From assembly GCA_963693365.1 (NCBI GenBank), contig CAVNZM010000008.1:8250818-8314817 (forward strand): a stretch of DNA of 64,000 nucleotides. The letters run 5' to 3'. The position numbers were made by a program, and so were the translations under genes. This document shows, one piece after another, positions 62,385 to 64,000 of this stretch. The notes below the pieces were generated by a model. That model ran no database searches and was not told where the DNA came from. It worked only from the letters and a program-made list of their open reading frames with translations. Position 1 is the stretch's first letter. Each line of letters opens with the position of its first letter. Origin of the DNA: Amoebidium appalachense (lineage: Eukaryota; Protista; Ichthyosporea).

Positions 62385-62611
62385 GTTACAGATTCTCCTA
62401 TGCACGTGGTAACTAAAAACGCCCTGTGCATGGCCCTCCCCCCTCCCTCTCTCCGAATCCCCCCTCCCCCCTCCCGTCCCCTCCCCTCCCCCCACCCCCC
62501 CCACCACCACCACACAAACACACATCTTCCCCACCCCCCTCTTCCACCCTAAACACACAGCCTACGGTACACACGCACACACATCACCTCCCCCCCCCCC
62601 CCCCCCCCCCT

Positions 62612-62648
<37 letters not shown>

Positions 62649-63912
62649 CATGGCCAAACACTTAGTGTACCCCCACCTTCCTTCTCACCTCCAAAAAAGA
62701 AATGGGGGAAAGAACAAAAAAGAAAAAGAGCAGGATTTGCAATGCATGACTCAACGATAGCGAGCCTTAGCGCACTGCGTAGCTCTCTCTCTCCCCCCCC
62801 CCCCCCCCCCCCCCCTCTCTCTCTCTCTCCAACGGCCTTTTCAAAATTACCTTCCCCACACTCTACATATATGATACATTAGGCACCCATTCCAGTCACT
62901 TCTTAGTTCACAGGATTACACGGACTGTATCGGCGTCACAATGATTATCCAAACTCACACTGAACATATCTCTAACTCAAGGGTAGAAGTGTTTCAAACA
63001 GGGGGATTTTACCTTTTTCATGGGGTCTGCCAGGTTTGCGTTCATAAGAAACAATGCATATCCGTGTTTCTGTGCGTAAACGTTGAAGTTTTGCAGAGCG
63101 TATGGGGCAATGACCGAGTAGTCCTTTTCCAGCGAATACCATTCGTCCTTTCTTTGAGAAGAACCTACAGCTGTGACGATTGCAAACGTTCCTGGTTTCA
63201 CTTTAACGCCCGAAGGAATAACCCCGTTTTCTTTTTCGTTTTCCCGAAGTCCTGCAGGTCTCTGAATCACCGGGATGCTGGAGAGAGCATTGTTTTCGTT
63301 TTCGTTTTCTAGTTTTCGGTTTTTTATGGCGAAATTCTTCTCCCATTCATCCCTATCATCAAAGTTTACGTTTTGAACATGGCCCAACGGATCTTTTCCC
63401 CCTTCAGCTGTCAGTTTCTTCAACATGGTTTGCTTGTGAGAGCTCGTAAAATCTAAACTGTCTAGATCTGAAGCCTGCAATGACTTACTTGCTTCGTTTT
63501 TCGTTTGTAACACGGAGGCAAACTTAACACACTCGGGGGAAAGTGCAAGGCACCTTTTGATATCATCGAGGGTCCCTCCGGCGATGATTGCACCCAAGAC
63601 ACAAACCTCGTCGATACAAGCACCGTTGCTACTTCCAGATCTTGGGGAAACGGGGTGGCCCGTTTTGTCCAAGAAGAGGGTGGTCGAAACTGAAGAAGTC
63701 GTTGCTAATCCATGTGCTAAAAACACGACGAAAAGCAGAAAAGAAAAGAGGAAAAGACAGCATTTGATGTTTGTGCGGCGCACCTTTGTAGCACACGCAG
63801 AAATACTGCCTTCACGCTCCATGTTGTGAGCTCTCGTTTCGCTTAGGCGGAAGGGTAGCACAATTTTTGGGTCGTTTTTTACACTGAAGGCTCCAAAAGG
63901 TTTAGAATTCAT
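59763..63912 (-). CDS. Glycosyltransferase family 34 (MNN10/XXT/galactosyltransferase-like), type II membrane protein
   Basis: Exons 63912-63013, 61468-61118, 59981-59763, all phase 0. N-terminal TM segment CCLFLFSFLLFVVFLAHG; YAQKHGY; FYWVKLETL..FDWVFYTDID (DxD); SGTMLLRNS; DQDAF; IHFPG. Start Met could be 63912 or 63822. Confidence 0.85.
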
Positions 63913-64000
63913 TTTTTCTTTGGAAGGACAGGCAGAAAAACAACAGCTAATTTTCGTTAAATTTATACAAAACCATACATGCTGAAACCTCAGAAACGTT

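Overview
Eukaryotic, intron-rich genomic DNA saturated with (CA)n/(TG)n, poly-G/poly-C and GA/CT tracts. Nearly all ORFs in the supplied track are translations of these repeats. By hand-splicing GT-AG exons with consistent phases I reconstruct five protein-coding genes: (1) a secreted protein with signal peptide, two furin-type sites, a Cys-repeat domain and 11 EGF modules (5813-12347 +); (2) a C-terminal-type RASSF (RA + SARAH) Hippo-pathway adaptor (20536-28614 +); (3) an MFSD14/HIAT1-like MFS transporter (30795-34652 -); (4) a secreted two-domain fasciclin (49186-56874 +); (5) a GT34-family glycosyltransferase (59763-63912 -). Mobile DNA includes a spliced, decayed Helitron-type PIF1 helicase, a 5'-truncated APE-RT LINE with a (CA)n/hairpin/poly-A tail, and several TIR/MITE elements. 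RASSF and cbEGF together with GT34 suggest a unicellular holozoan such as an ichthyosporean; this is inference only. The most interesting signals are the RASSF gene, which mixes RASSF1/5-like and RASSF2/4-like motifs, and a recurring intron architecture. In that architecture C-runs follow donors, (CA)n replaces the polypyrimidine tract at acceptors, and complementary G/C and TG/CA tracts share an intron. All family assignments are from motif recognition; no searches were run.
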